From the human T2T-CHM13v2.0 reference genome, Homo sapiens, in NCBI RefSeq assembly GCF_009914755.1, contig NC_060934.1: a stretch of DNA of 64,000 nucleotides; one strand, given 5' to 3'. The first letter of the stretch is position 1. The number at the start of each line of letters is the position of its first letter. Shown in pieces: positions 18,896 through 31,860 of the stretch. The position numbers and the translations under genes are program-made. The notes under the pieces were generated by a model. It had not been told where the DNA came from. It searched no databases and saw only the letters and a list, made by a program, of their open reading frames with translations.

Positions 18896-20699
18896 CTGAT
18901 ACTAGCCGTGGCAGGGCTGGCCTGAGAACAGAGATCAGACCGGTGCCTCTGGCTGCAGCCAACTAGACGAGACTCAGCCGATATAATTACCAAAGGGAAG
19001 CTGAGGCTCACAGAAAAGAACTTTCTAAGCCGCGGGCTGCCTAAGAGTTACAAGGTCCACACCCAGGCTGGGAGCTGCCTGGCTAGCTTCTGACCTGGGT
19101 ACAAGGCTGCAGCAGATCACTCTGCTATCGATTTGGATTCCATGATTCTGAGATTCATGTTCAAAGTCACCTAGATCTCCCAAGGACTCCAGGAAGAGAA
19201 GATGCCTGCTCAGATGAGCCCACAGATGGCTCCTGCCCCTGCCTACCTCCTGATGCCTGCAAGGTGGGCAGCTACCAGTCGTGCCCTGGGCCTGCCTTGT
19301 CCCTTTTGGTGCCCCTCTCTGGGCTGGACTTGGACTGGTAGAGTTCCTGGAGGTATTCAAGTGTACCTGCCTTCATGTTAGTCTGAGAAATAGGGTCCCA
19401 GGGCAGGGTACGGGGGGATGGTGACAAACCCAAGGTCATACAGCAAGTGGGTGGCAAAATGTTCTTAGTTCCAGCACAGAGCCACCTCTTCCCACCTCCA
19501 TGCAGCCTCTGCTCTCCCTCCTCCTAAGGTGGGGCCAGCCCTGAAGGGTAGGGCAGCATGGGAGGAGTGACCCGGTCCCACCAGCCAGATTCCTCCTAGC
19601 TCCTAGGCAAGGAGAAGCATGAGGGTTTGCCAAGCTCTGGAGATTTGAAAGCCACCCCTCACCCTAGCACTCGGGACATATATAAAAGCCCTTCCCCTTC
19701 AGTGGGCTCCATTATCTCCTTCAATCTCCATCAGGCCCCCAAGTCCCCCTGAATGAATACACAAACGCAGCTTCAAGACAAGCATCTACCAGCCCCGGGG
19801 TTAGCTGCTGTCCTTGAACCCTCCTGTGTAGAAATCCTGGACCCCCTCCTTGCCCTACACACATTTTGCTCCTCAGACACATTCTTTCCTCCTTGCCCGC
19901 TTTGGGAGTCCCAAAGACATTTGGGGGCCTGGTACTGGCCCAGTCACAGAGAAGACTCCAGCACCTGTCTTCTGAGCTCTGAGACTAGGCAGGCCTTGTG
20001 GGACTGGCTGGGAGGGCAGCTGACTTCTGAAGGAAACTTATGTCTGTCCCTACAGGCACCCCTTTCTGTGGCTGGAGGTCACTCACATCACGTGACACCC
20101 CCAGGCCACAAGCCCCCAGGGTGCTCTGCAACCTTCAGAATTTGTGACAGCAGCCCCCACACCACACACCCACACCTGCCCACAACGCCCCTCAGGCCCC
20201 AGCGCAGCTGCTGCTCAGTCCCCATCCCAGGCTTGGGCATAGTTTGAGGGTGTGGGCAGTTGGGAAGGCTCTGTCTGCCCAGCCAGCTCTGGCCTTGCAC
20301 TGAACAGGCTGCAGCACACACCCCCTCCAGCCACTTCCTGCCACACACTCAGCAGCCCAGCGTCCTTTAAGCTCAGGGCAGCCCATTTCCACCCTCCATG
20401 GCACCTGCTTCCTGCTTCCTTCCCTCTCTTCCATCCTCCCTCTTCTCCCCTGTCCCAACAGCCCCAAGTCCACGCACAGCTCCGAAGTCACTTCCCAGCG
20501 TCCCCAGCTCCACCTGTCTGCTGGGGAGTGTGGTAGGGGGATTGAATATCGCTCTCCAGGTTCCTCTCCTCAGGCTTTTCAGAACCTTGGTTGCCTCCAC
20601 ACAAAACGAAGAGGATCTCTCCGATTCCTTTTATGTGCAGCATCGATATCCTAGTATTTCATAAACATCTGCACTTCCAAAATCTAGAGAGCAAACAGC

Positions 20700-20900
20700 T
20701 CACATGTGTCAAGTGCCTGTGACATACCAGGCTCCGTGTGTCATAGGCTGCATCTTGTTTATGCCTCCTGAAACCCTGAGGGGGGAAAGTGAGCAGACCT
20801 GCTTCACCCATGGGGAAACTGAGGAAGCACTGAGCGGTGACATAACTTGCCCAAAATGAATGAGCTGGTGGCTGGAGAACCAAGGCTGAAGCCAGGTATG
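20700..20900 (-). mobile_element. MIR SINE
   Basis: atggggaaactgagg..taacttgcccaa core. Confidence 0.75.
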
Positions 20901-22234
20901 GCATGGCTCCGAGACCACACATAGCCCTCCCACGTCACAGCGAGGCTTGGGGGAGGATCCCAGGAGATTCCTGAGCTCTGGGCTTCCACCTTATTTGTGT
21001 TGATCAGGATTGGAGCCTAGAAGAGCAAAGGCAACTCTTCCCTCTGTTGGCCATAAGCTCAAGGGCTGAGGACTTCTCCCCATTGTCAGCCAGGGGAGAG
21101 TCTCCAAGGGACCCCCCCCCCAACAAAGCTATAATATTGCCACCCAACTTTGTTCTAAGGACACCAAGAGATGGCCTTCCCACCTAATAGGGATTTAGGT
21201 TAACCAGAGAGATTTGTTAATTTTTGTTGAAGTTAATGAGAATCTCCTTCCCTGAGCCACACCAGGGGGTGGCCCCCTGCTCCCCCCTCGTCCCCGCCCC
21301 TTAGTCCAGCTGCCCAGAGGCAGCCACATCTAATGCTCATAGCTGTTTCTCTTGGTGTTTACTTTCATCTTTCAAAATGACATGATTTTGTTGCTATTAT
21401 TCACTTTTTTAGCCATTTTCTACTGACTTGGACTGAGATGTTCTGACAGAGTCTGCACGTGTACCCTGGGAAGGGCAGGGTAGGGTAGACTGGCTGCCTG
21501 GAGGCAAGGGCTTAAAGGACCAGGGCCCAGGAACAGGGGGTGGTCCTTTTGCATGAGGGGTAGGGACAGTCCTGCTGAGGAGCAGGGGACAGCTGGGAGT
21601 TTTGCTTTCATCCTCCAAGCCCCAGGCACCCCACAGTACCAGGACTTAATGAGACAAGCCTTTCTCTTCTCTCTGCATGAATAGCAGGCCATGTCATTTC
21701 CACCACCAGGCCCTCCTGGGATATACTTGCCTCCCCACTCTACCAGGAGCCCCCTCTCTGCTTCTTTCCCCACGTCTAAGTGCTATTTGTCCCTCAAGCC
21801 CTAGCTCAGTGTTACCCCACAGCGAGAAGCCTCCTTGGCCTGGGTGCCCTTCCATCTCCTTGAGTTTCTAAGGGCTGGGCCATTGGAACAGCATATCTTG
21901 TACTTGTCAGTTCTCTGCCAACTCAGGATATAGATCTGGCCTCTTAGGTCAGGCATCAAGCCCCAGAATGCAGGAGCCTGTCTGACATCCCACTGGCAAC
22001 CCCCTTCCTGAGCTTAGTCCCTGACGCATGTGAGGACTTAGCATTTGGGGCTCTTACCATTATCATGGTTCCTACTGAAGGACCCACAGCAGGGAGGAGA
22101 CAAAGCCAGCTGGGCCCTGCCTGAGACCATGGTGCTGCCACTGAGGTTCTATACTGAAGAAAATAGCCAAACGGCCCCTTGCAATTAACAAGGCATTTAA
22201 TAACTACCTGGGTATTATGCGTCGCCAATGCTCC

Positions 22235-22340
22235 AACTTTCAGGAGGAAGTAAATGAGGCTCAGAGAGGCTTTCCAGAAGTCCCACAGCTAGAAAGAAGA
22301 GAATTGGCCTAGAACACCAAGTCCTCAGATTCTTTCCTCT
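22235..22340 (-). mobile_element. MIR fragment
   Basis: gaggaagtaaatgaggctcagagagg..cacagctagaaag..ctagaacaccaagtcctc. Confidence 0.55.
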
Positions 22341-23014
22341 CTGTCCCTGGGCCCCACCCAGTGCCAGCCCCAGCCCCACATGCAGAAGGGATGAGGGTTG
22401 AACATGGACCGCTCAGGGCCACTGCCAAATTGAGCAGGGTCTCAGATGGACGTGAGCCCAGCTGCTCCCCCCACTTGCTTGGAGCTCTGTCACAGCCCCT
22501 GCATGGTCACATAGCTTTCAACACCAGTCCCTTGTCCCCAGGATCAGGGCTGGCCCAGCTCACCTGTGGGAAATACCCTCAAAAGTACACACCTGTGCAT
22601 GTTGAATCATAGTCTGTCAGACACAGAAGGGTCTTCACAGATGGTGAAACAGGCCAGGGTGGGCAGCATCTGGCCCAAGGCCAAACAGACAACTGGTAGC
22701 AGAGTTGCAAAGCACTTGGGCTCCTCCCAGCTTCCCCCTACTGCGGGGTTATTACCGCAGGTGCAGAGCCTGAAGGAGGCAGTGTGGGAGAGGGGCATCA
22801 TGTACAGGAGACAAGGAGAGCACATGACAGGTTACTCCTGGGTGCTGTGAGACGTGTGTACGCAACCAAGGGTGTATCACAGCACCTGTCTCTGGGTGTT
22901 TCATTAGAAGAAAAACATCAGAATGTATGAATGCCTACAAGTTTACTATTGCCTTGACAAAAGCAAGTTACAGGATAAAGTATATTTCCATTTAGTTTTA
23001 TTTATATACACATG

Positions 23015-23370
23015 TTGTCTTAGCTCAGACTGCTCCAATAAAATACTGCAGACTAGGTTGTGTAAACAAACTTATTTTCTCAGCTGTGGAGGCTGGGAAT
23101 TCCAAGATCAAGGTACCAGCAAATTCGGGTTCTGGGAGGGCTCTTCCTGGCTGGTAGACGGCCATCTTCATGCTGTGTCCTCCCCCGGCTTTGCCTCTGT
23201 GAGTGAGCTCTTGTGTCTTCTTTCAAGGACATCAATCCTATCAGATCAGGGCCCCACCTTTATAATCTTAACCTTAATTTCTTCCTTTGAGGCCCCATTT
23301 TCAAATACACCCACACAAAGGCTTAGGGCTTCAGCATATGAATTTTGGAGGGGACAAACGATCCGTAACA
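23015..23370 (-). mobile_element. MLT1A-like MaLR solo LTR within an old L1 3' fragment
   Basis: ggaggctgggaattccaagatcaagg, gatcagggccccacc and cagcatatgaattttggagggga. Confidence 0.85.
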
Positions 23371-26300
23371 AATATATAACCAGCGTGTATGTATGTGCCC
23401 GTGGTGTGTTTAAGGGTGAATTTGGTATTTTCTCAACTGCTTTATTATTGGATTGTGTCATCTGTTACCACAACAATGTATTGGTTATACATTTTAAACT
23501 TAAGGAAAAAAAAAATCAGGAGAGAAGTGGGAGAGAACATGAAGCATGAAAAGCCCCACCCCCCCAGACTTAATGACCTCCCTGGTCTCCAGGCTCAGAC
23601 AGCAAGCACAGACACCTGTCTGAAGAGAGGCCATTCAGCCAGATATCCGATGCCTCCACAGCACCATGGGGCACTGGACACCCTGGCCCCCACATCTGGG
23701 TATAGCCATCCTCAGCCTGGCAGGAACCAGGACAGGGGCTCCATTTTGTTCTGAGGGCTACAGGTCCAGGAGGTGCTTTACTCATGCAAATCACACCCTG
23801 ACCTCCCACCAAATGTCCAGAGGAGGTCACCCCTGGTCATTCTGTTGCCCTCCCCAGCCTAGGCCCTCCCTCCAGTTGCAGCCCCAGGGCATTCAATGCT
23901 GTTGCTTGGCCCATTCTCCAGAGGCCGCCTCACGGCAGCAGGCAGACATTTGCAGCAGGCACATCCAGGGGGCACGAAGGGAAATCAATGTCCCATTCAT
24001 TCGAGGACTCTGACTTTCCATCTCTTAGACATGAGCAGTCCACAACCACCACATCCTCTTGTATGGAAGAGGAATCGGAGGCCCAGGGAGGGAAAATCCA
24101 TTTCCTGTGACAGCCTGACAGTCCCCAACCCCCCATCCTTCCACACCAGGGGACCTGCTCTTCACTGCTTTGCCACAAGCCACCTCCAGACTCTGAGGAA
24201 GGCGTCCCCCACCCCCACTGAGCCTGGAATAGAGGGTAATTTCCACCACTGCCCCTCTCTCCCCTACTCCCAGCAGCTCCAGACGAGCTTGGCAGCTGGA
24301 GTCCCAGGGAGCAGCTGAATACATCATCGGGGTCAAAGACAGAGCCTGGGGTATGTGTTAAAACAAGAAAACCAATCAGAGCTGAAAATGAAAGGCAGCA
24401 GAAGTGTGAAGCAGGGAAGGAGGCTGCCAGACAGACACTGGGTGCTAGCGGGCCAAGTGGTTGCTGCCACACACCTGCCTCAGAGTCAGCGTGGCCCCTG
24501 CCCCAGTGCCCAGACACTCTAGGAAGCAAGTGGCCAGTGGGAGCTACGAGCACACCCCTCAACTCAAAGAGCAGGCCCCGACCCAGGCCTGATTTGACAA
24601 GGAGATGTATGCATCAGTCTGTCAGTTCTTAAGCACTGTCAAAGTCCACACACAGATATTCCCTATTGTGATGCCACAGGGTAGGCCAATGCCTGCTCAT
24701 CAGGAGTGGTCTGGGGTCCTTGGAGGACAGAGCCTGAGTGGGCTCTGGATTCCAGGCTCCAGCATCCCCTCCCTGCCAAAGCCGGTGGGTGGCAGTTACT
24801 GTAGGGAACCAGTTCCAGGGAAAAGGGGCTTGACACTGACCAAAACGCACATCCTAGAGCCTGGCCTGTTCACCACCTCATTGAATCTTGTGTCACACCT
24901 GGGAGAAAGACTATTTTTGTGCCCACAACCTGAGACTTAGGGTGATAAAGTGACTTGCCCAAGGTCACACAGCTGTGGAGGCAAAGAACCGTGAGTGGAA
25001 AGCTGAGATTGTTAGAAATAGATTCTCCCTGCCAAGGGAGCCAGTCTCATCCAGGCCATAGGCGTGATCCAGATCTTCAAGAGGCCTGACTCTCCATGGT
25101 CAGCCCCTGGGGCAGGCCCAATCGCAGTGTGCATTCAACAAATATGGAGCTTCCACCATGCTGGGCACACGGTCCTCAGTGAAACCAACAGGGTTCCTGT
25201 GCTGCGAGTTTACCATCCCAAAGAGAACAGAGTCCTTCCCCCTCCTGTCCCCTCATTACCAGTCACCACCATGGGACCTTACACAAGAGAAAGTCAGAAG
25301 CCCAGACAGTGGGCCTCAGGAGCTGGGTGCCCAGCAGCACTGCCTGCTTGGGGCCACTCATCTTATGCAAACTCCCATTTTATAGAATGGGAAGATGGGC
25401 CCTGCTGTTACACAAAGGATGGGTGTCCAAGGCAGGGGCAGCCTCCTGGCACCACTGCCAGCACAGTCATGCTCAGTTGATTGCACAGCTGAGGGGTCAA
25501 GCCAGCACACAAGGCAGCTATGAAAAAGCCCATCAAGAAATAAAGTGAAGGTGGGGCTGGGGTGGGTAACACAGGAGGGCGGGTACCCAAGGAGCATGCT
25601 GCGAGCATGGGTGGCATCTAGACCAAGAAAAACAGAGGGACAGGGAGAGTTCAGGCATGGAGAATGTACACTATGCTGGGGGTCTCAGTCCCAGGCACTG
25701 AGCAGGGGGCCACCAAGAACAGAGCTGCACTGAGTGACTTGGATGCCAGGTAGAACCTCCAGGGCGCTCGTCTTCAGGCCAAGGAGGCACAGTGGGCTCT
25801 GGGTCCTCCTCCTCACCCTGCTCAGATCTCCAGCCAAGAGAGCAGAGCCAGGTGGCCCAGTCATGACCGACAAGGTGGCTGCCAGGTCTCAGTGGAAGAC
25901 AGCAGCAGCCCAAGCCAAGCTCCTGCTTCTCCTCCCTCTGCCGGGCCACCTCCGCTGCCGAGCAGAATTGCTCCTCTGGCCTCGGGCTCCCAGCCAAAGC
26001 CCAGGAGAGGCCGGGCAGCAGCTCTATTAACACACAAACTGGTGGCCCGGCAGCCGCTGACACTGGGGTTAATTAAATCTATATCTCCCCATCAATTCTC
26101 ATTCAACTAGTATCGATGGCCATTAGATGGGTGACAGAGTGACAAGGAAACAGTAATAGACTTGTCTTAACCCTCACGAGTAGAGAGCCCCGCCCTCCTG
26201 CTGTGGTCCCCGGCTCACTCCCTGGAAGATCTCCCACTCAGCTCAACACTGGCTGCTCCCCGCACTGCACCTGGCCGCCAGCCAGGCTCACCTCATTCTT

Positions 26301-26489
26301 TGTTCAGTTTGCAAATTCATCCTCCATGCCAAGCCTGACAAGTAGAGAAGACTTGGACTATTCCCCTCTCCTCATGCCACTCAGCCCTTTCTCTGCCAGG
26401 TCAAGTCCATCCAAAGCTGCCTCCTCCCAGGAGGCTCAGCCCAAGACCAAGCTCACATAGCCCTAAGTGTCCCTGCCACCCAGTCCCTC

Positions 26490-26960
26490 CATGGCCAGTG
26501 GAATACTGGCTCCCACAAAGATGTTCACATCCTGACAACTGGAACCCAGGCTTGTGTTACTTCACATGGCAAAAGGGGCTCAGATCTTGAGATGATCTGG
26601 ATTATCCAGGTGAGCCCTAGGTGTAATCACCAGGGTCCTCATAATGGAAGAAGAGAGCTAAATACCATGTGACAGAGAAAGCAATGCCAACATGATGCAG
26701 CATAGGATGCCACCAGCATCACTGGCTTTGAAGACAGGAGGGGGCCGAGTGCCAAGACTGCAGAAAGTTTTTAGATCCTGGAAAATGTAAGGAAACAGAT
26801 CTCTCCCTTGGGGCTCCAGAAGGGATCCCTGGTATCACCTTTATTTTGGCCCAGTGAGACCCACTTCAGACTTCTGACCCCCAAAACTACAAGTACACGT
26901 TGTTTTGAGCCAAGTCTGCAGTCATCGTTTGTAATTTCTTGCAGCAATAGAGAACCACAT
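26490..26960 (+). mobile_element. MLT1D/E-like MaLR solo LTR
   Basis: aaagatgttcacatcctga, ctggattatccaggtg, tggctttgaaga, ggaaacagatctctccc and gcagcaatagagaac. Confidence 0.8.
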
Positions 26961-26964
26961 TCCC

Positions 26965-27295
26965 ATGCCCATTCTATGTTCCAGCAACACCAGGCTACCT
27001 GCAGCTGTGTAAGCCACCCCACTTCACACCTCCCTGGCTTTGCAGTGCCTGCCACCTGAGATGCCATTCCCGGCCAGTTGTGTCCTACTTCAAAACTCCA
27101 CCCAGCACCTTCTCCGCGAAACCTTCCCTGATTTTGTGTGGATTGCCTCATGCTTGTTCTTCCATTGTGTCTCCGTGTTCCAAACTGGGTGCTGCTCAAT
27201 TTTGCATCTGGTGTGAGCTCCCGTAGCAGGGAGTTTCTTGTACCTTCATAACCATGAGTCCTCTTGCATATGACAGTTCAGTGAACACTTGCAAA
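26965..27295 (+). mobile_element. L2 3' fragment
   Basis: cacctgagatgccattccc, ttcaaaactcca..aaaccttccctga and tgtgagctcccgtagcaggga. Confidence 0.55.
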
Positions 27296-27339
27296 ATTAC
27301 CATCTGATGGCCTAGCCTGTCTTGTGTTCCCTGAGCACA

Positions 27340-28323
<984 letters not shown>

Positions 28324-28749
28324 CTAATAGTCACCTTCTCTCGACAAGCCCCACTCACAGGAGCATCACAGCGAGGCATGGTGCAGTTCCTACCTTACCT
28401 TCCTCAGTCGGAAACAGTGGATTGAGTCTTCCAGACTTCACACCCAGCCCATACTAAGCACTGCTGCTCTTATCTCCTGGGCACCAGGGTGCCTTGGAGT
28501 TCTATGCACAGTGAATAACCCAGGTGATATAAAGGGGTGAGACAATTGTTTCTGGAAGCAAGTGATTGGAGTCAGGGCTCTGCTAGACAGTATCTGAATT
28601 TCTACTAGGAGTCATGGGCTGTCAGGGAAGACCCATGTTGTGTGCTTATAACAATTACACTTGAAACATTGAGGATAGATGGGAAGAGAACAGGAATGAA
28701 AACCCAGAGACCAATTAGGAAGCTTTTAAAGACATGAGCTGCATCTGGG

Positions 28750-31050
28750 CAGCTCTATCCAGCTCTGCCCTAGATATTCAGGGCAGACACAAGAGGCAGC
28801 AGTGAATAGAGAGCGTGTGACTGTCCTCTCCTGGATCGTCTTATCCAAGGCCTTATCGCCAGCTGGTACCTCCACCTCCAGCTGAAGTTTGGCAATCAAG
28901 TTCACACCATGGCTAAGTTTCCATCAGAGCCCTCTAGCCCACCTGGCACTGAGGTCAAAGACAGGAGTGGTATTCCTTACCACAGGCCGAAGTAGGTTTG
29001 TGTCTGGGGGACTAAGCAAAGCACTGCTGGAGTGAGGAGGGCAGGCCAGGCACTGTCCTGGCTGTTCCTCAGGACAAGGAGGCAAAGAATACTGGATTCT
29101 TACTGTTCAAACTTCCCACAACCCCCAGGAGCCCTAGAAGGAACAGTTCTAGGTTATTTGTTTCCTTTCCCTTAATCTACATCTTCAGCTAATTTAGGTG
29201 GTGGAATGATCTGAAGTCTTTCTACTGATGTATACCCTTGGTAGTATGGCCAGGGTTAGGCTGTCATCTATTCACCCACCCCTGAGTGGCAGAAGGTTGG
29301 CCTGGGACTCCCTGGACTACTTCCCCTGCCTCTACTGCGGAGAGGGCGATCTTTGACGCAAACTCCCCAGCCAGCTCTGTAACCATCATTTGCCTGTTCA
29401 AAGCGGCAGGTGCAAGTGACCAGAGGCTGTCCCCACTTCTGCTTTAGTGATAAAGTTGTGTTCCCTTGGTAGAAGCATTCTTCCCTAAGTTACTAAGACT
29501 TCTAAAACTAGCAGAATCCACAAACCCAGGAGGGCAAGTCAAGTTAGGAGTAGGACTTTAGCTGTTACATTGAGAGGTACCTTGTTTCTACTGTTGAGTA
29601 TCTGGGTCCAAGCAGTCTGTATATGAGGAATATACTATCACAGTCATTGGTTCAGAACACATGCCACCCCTTCTATTAACAGTACTCCAGCCTCCCAAAG
29701 CAGTGAATCCCAGGTAGCACCATAATGGAGGTTTCGGAAGACTTCTCACCATTCTATAGAGTCAGCTGCTCCTGGGAGTCGAGGTGCACAATAGCCATGG
29801 GCTTCTGCCTATCGATTCACTTGTGCTGAGGCAGGAGTCCCTTTGTCAGTTGCAATGCTGTATGGTGAACAATGAAGCTGAATGTCAAATTCACAGATCG
29901 TATTTTTCAAGCAAGCCTGTCAGGCAGGGACAGGTATAAATCCAAGGAATATTGGGTCATGACAAATGGCCAGTACCCTCCCACTCCATGGTAGAAGGCA
30001 AATGGGGACTGGTAGATGGCTGTGTCTCCCAGTATTAAGATGCTTTACTAGGGGGCCCAGGGTCGCTGTTTCAAGTTGGTCTTAGCAGCTGAGAGTTCAG
30101 CCCTTGGGAGAAAGGCAAGTTACAGATGCCATGCGGGGCACCTTAACTCCTTCCTCCCATGGTTGCTCATCCATGACTCCTTCAAGCAAGGACAGGGTTG
30201 ACTAGGGAAGGAAGCTGACCATTTTAAGGGCAGGAGCCCCACTCATTTAGCAAGATCCTTGTCTAGAGTCATACCTTCATGAGCTTTCACAAGAGATCTC
30301 ACACTTGGAATCGGTTCTAAGGCCCCCAATCTGTACATTCCTTTCCTAAACCTCCTTGTCACTATTCATGTAATCTTGCTCCAAGTCCATGACCAGCCAG
30401 TCACATCTTTAGCCTCCAACCATAGATCTATGTAGATCTTCATTTTAGACTGCACCCTTCTAGGCAAGAGACAGTGGCCTGTGCAAAGTCCTGCCCTTTA
30501 GGAAGATCCCTTCCCGATGGTCCTTCAGGGTCACCTTGAATGGGGCTAGAATGCCATAGCAGTCTATCCAGCTGATACCAGTGTGTTGTCTAGAGCCACT
30601 TATGAGTCCCTAGGCTTTCTGCACGAGTTGTAGGTGTGGGTAACAGTGCAATAGAATTAGGCGTACACATCAGCCAACTGTTCATGCTACTTACATGATT
30701 TTAGGGACTGCTGGTGCCCTCCTACAAAAGACTTCAATTGAGACCACTGGGCATGCCCGGTGATGGCGAGGTGTGTCAACTCATACCCTGATCACATAGG
30801 CAGTATTCACTTTCTGTAGGGACCAAATAGCAAGCACCACACTTCAAGAGCAGCTACAGGTGGAAGGCAGCTTGGCTCTACCCTCAAACCCTGGAGGCCT
30901 CCACCAAGATTCCCCTGCTGCTGGGGGCTTGCTGGAAGTTCCAAACAGTGGCCTCGTTCGCTAGAGGCTTGGATGCCAGCATCCTGCTGGGACACAGGAA
31001 CCAAGTGGCAGGGCTTTGCAGCTCCATCCTGTGCCGGCCAAGTCTCTGCT
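28750..31050 (-). mobile_element. Highly degenerate ERVL/MLT internal sequence
   Basis: Sequence at 30740-30860 (gaccactgggcatgccc, gggaccaaatagcaagc) read on the - strand resembles the ERVL LLACYWAL..GHAQ region. No intact ORF remains and the boundaries are approximate. Confidence 0.45.
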
Positions 31051-31469
31051 TACTCTGAGAACCACTCGAAGCTGCCAGTCTGTCACATCACCACCGATGA
31101 GGCTTGAGTGTGACATAAACCATTTTCAAAAACCAAAGCAGCCCAGGGTACTGTGGTGCCTTCTAAAGAGAAGTGAGGCCCAGCAGCCACCAGTCTACTA
31201 AAGGCGAGGCTTTGAGTGGCAAGCTACTCCTTTAAAACATGAAAGGTGTGACAAAGGTGATTAAGCTGGTGATGGCAGAACAGCTTTAAGGACATCTCAT
31301 TCTCAGTGAGAATTTGTTTAGTTTCCACATGCCACAGGCTGTGGGAGCCTCAACTTAGTACCAGCTGGATTGTCACCAACTTCAGCCCCAACCAGGCCAG
31401 CATACCAGTCATTTCCCTGAAGACAGTTTCCTGCAGCCAGCCCAGCTAGCAACTTCTCAGCCAGCATTC

Positions 31470-31860
31470 TTTGTCACCAGCAACAAAACAGTTTTGCCAG
31501 ATTAAGCAGAAAGAACTCATGATGAAAACTAGGGGTGGCCCGCAGAACTCACAGGAATACTAGGGCCCGAGGTTCCGAGGCCACACCACAGACCTGCCTG
31601 GTTGAGGATACATTGGCCCCACCAAGCACTAAACGCTGTCCCACTGGCAGGATGTAGGTGTGGCCATTGCCAGAGCTGCCCAAAGCTTGGTCTTGTTGCA
31701 ACTGTCAGTTGGGAAGGTATCCAGTCCTAGAAACTTTGCCTCATTGGCTTCTATTCCAAGTCTGGGAAGGATTCGTCTGATCCACGGAGCCTAGGTCACG
31801 TGTCTATTCTCTACCTGCAAGAGGGACTGGGAGAAAGGTTATTGGAATTTCTGTTGCTAT
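31470..31860. mobile_element. Ancient MaLR/ERVL LTR remnant
   Basis: gcaacaaaacagttttgccagattaagcagaaag and cctaggtcacgtgtc..ctgcaagagggactgggaga resemble old MLT1-type LTRs. Confidence 0.45.

Noticed and set aside
22923-24562. 208-aa (+) and 210-aa (-) ORFs
   Set aside because: The first runs through MLT1 and L1 remnants. The second has no recognisable domain or splice context. Both are likely chance.
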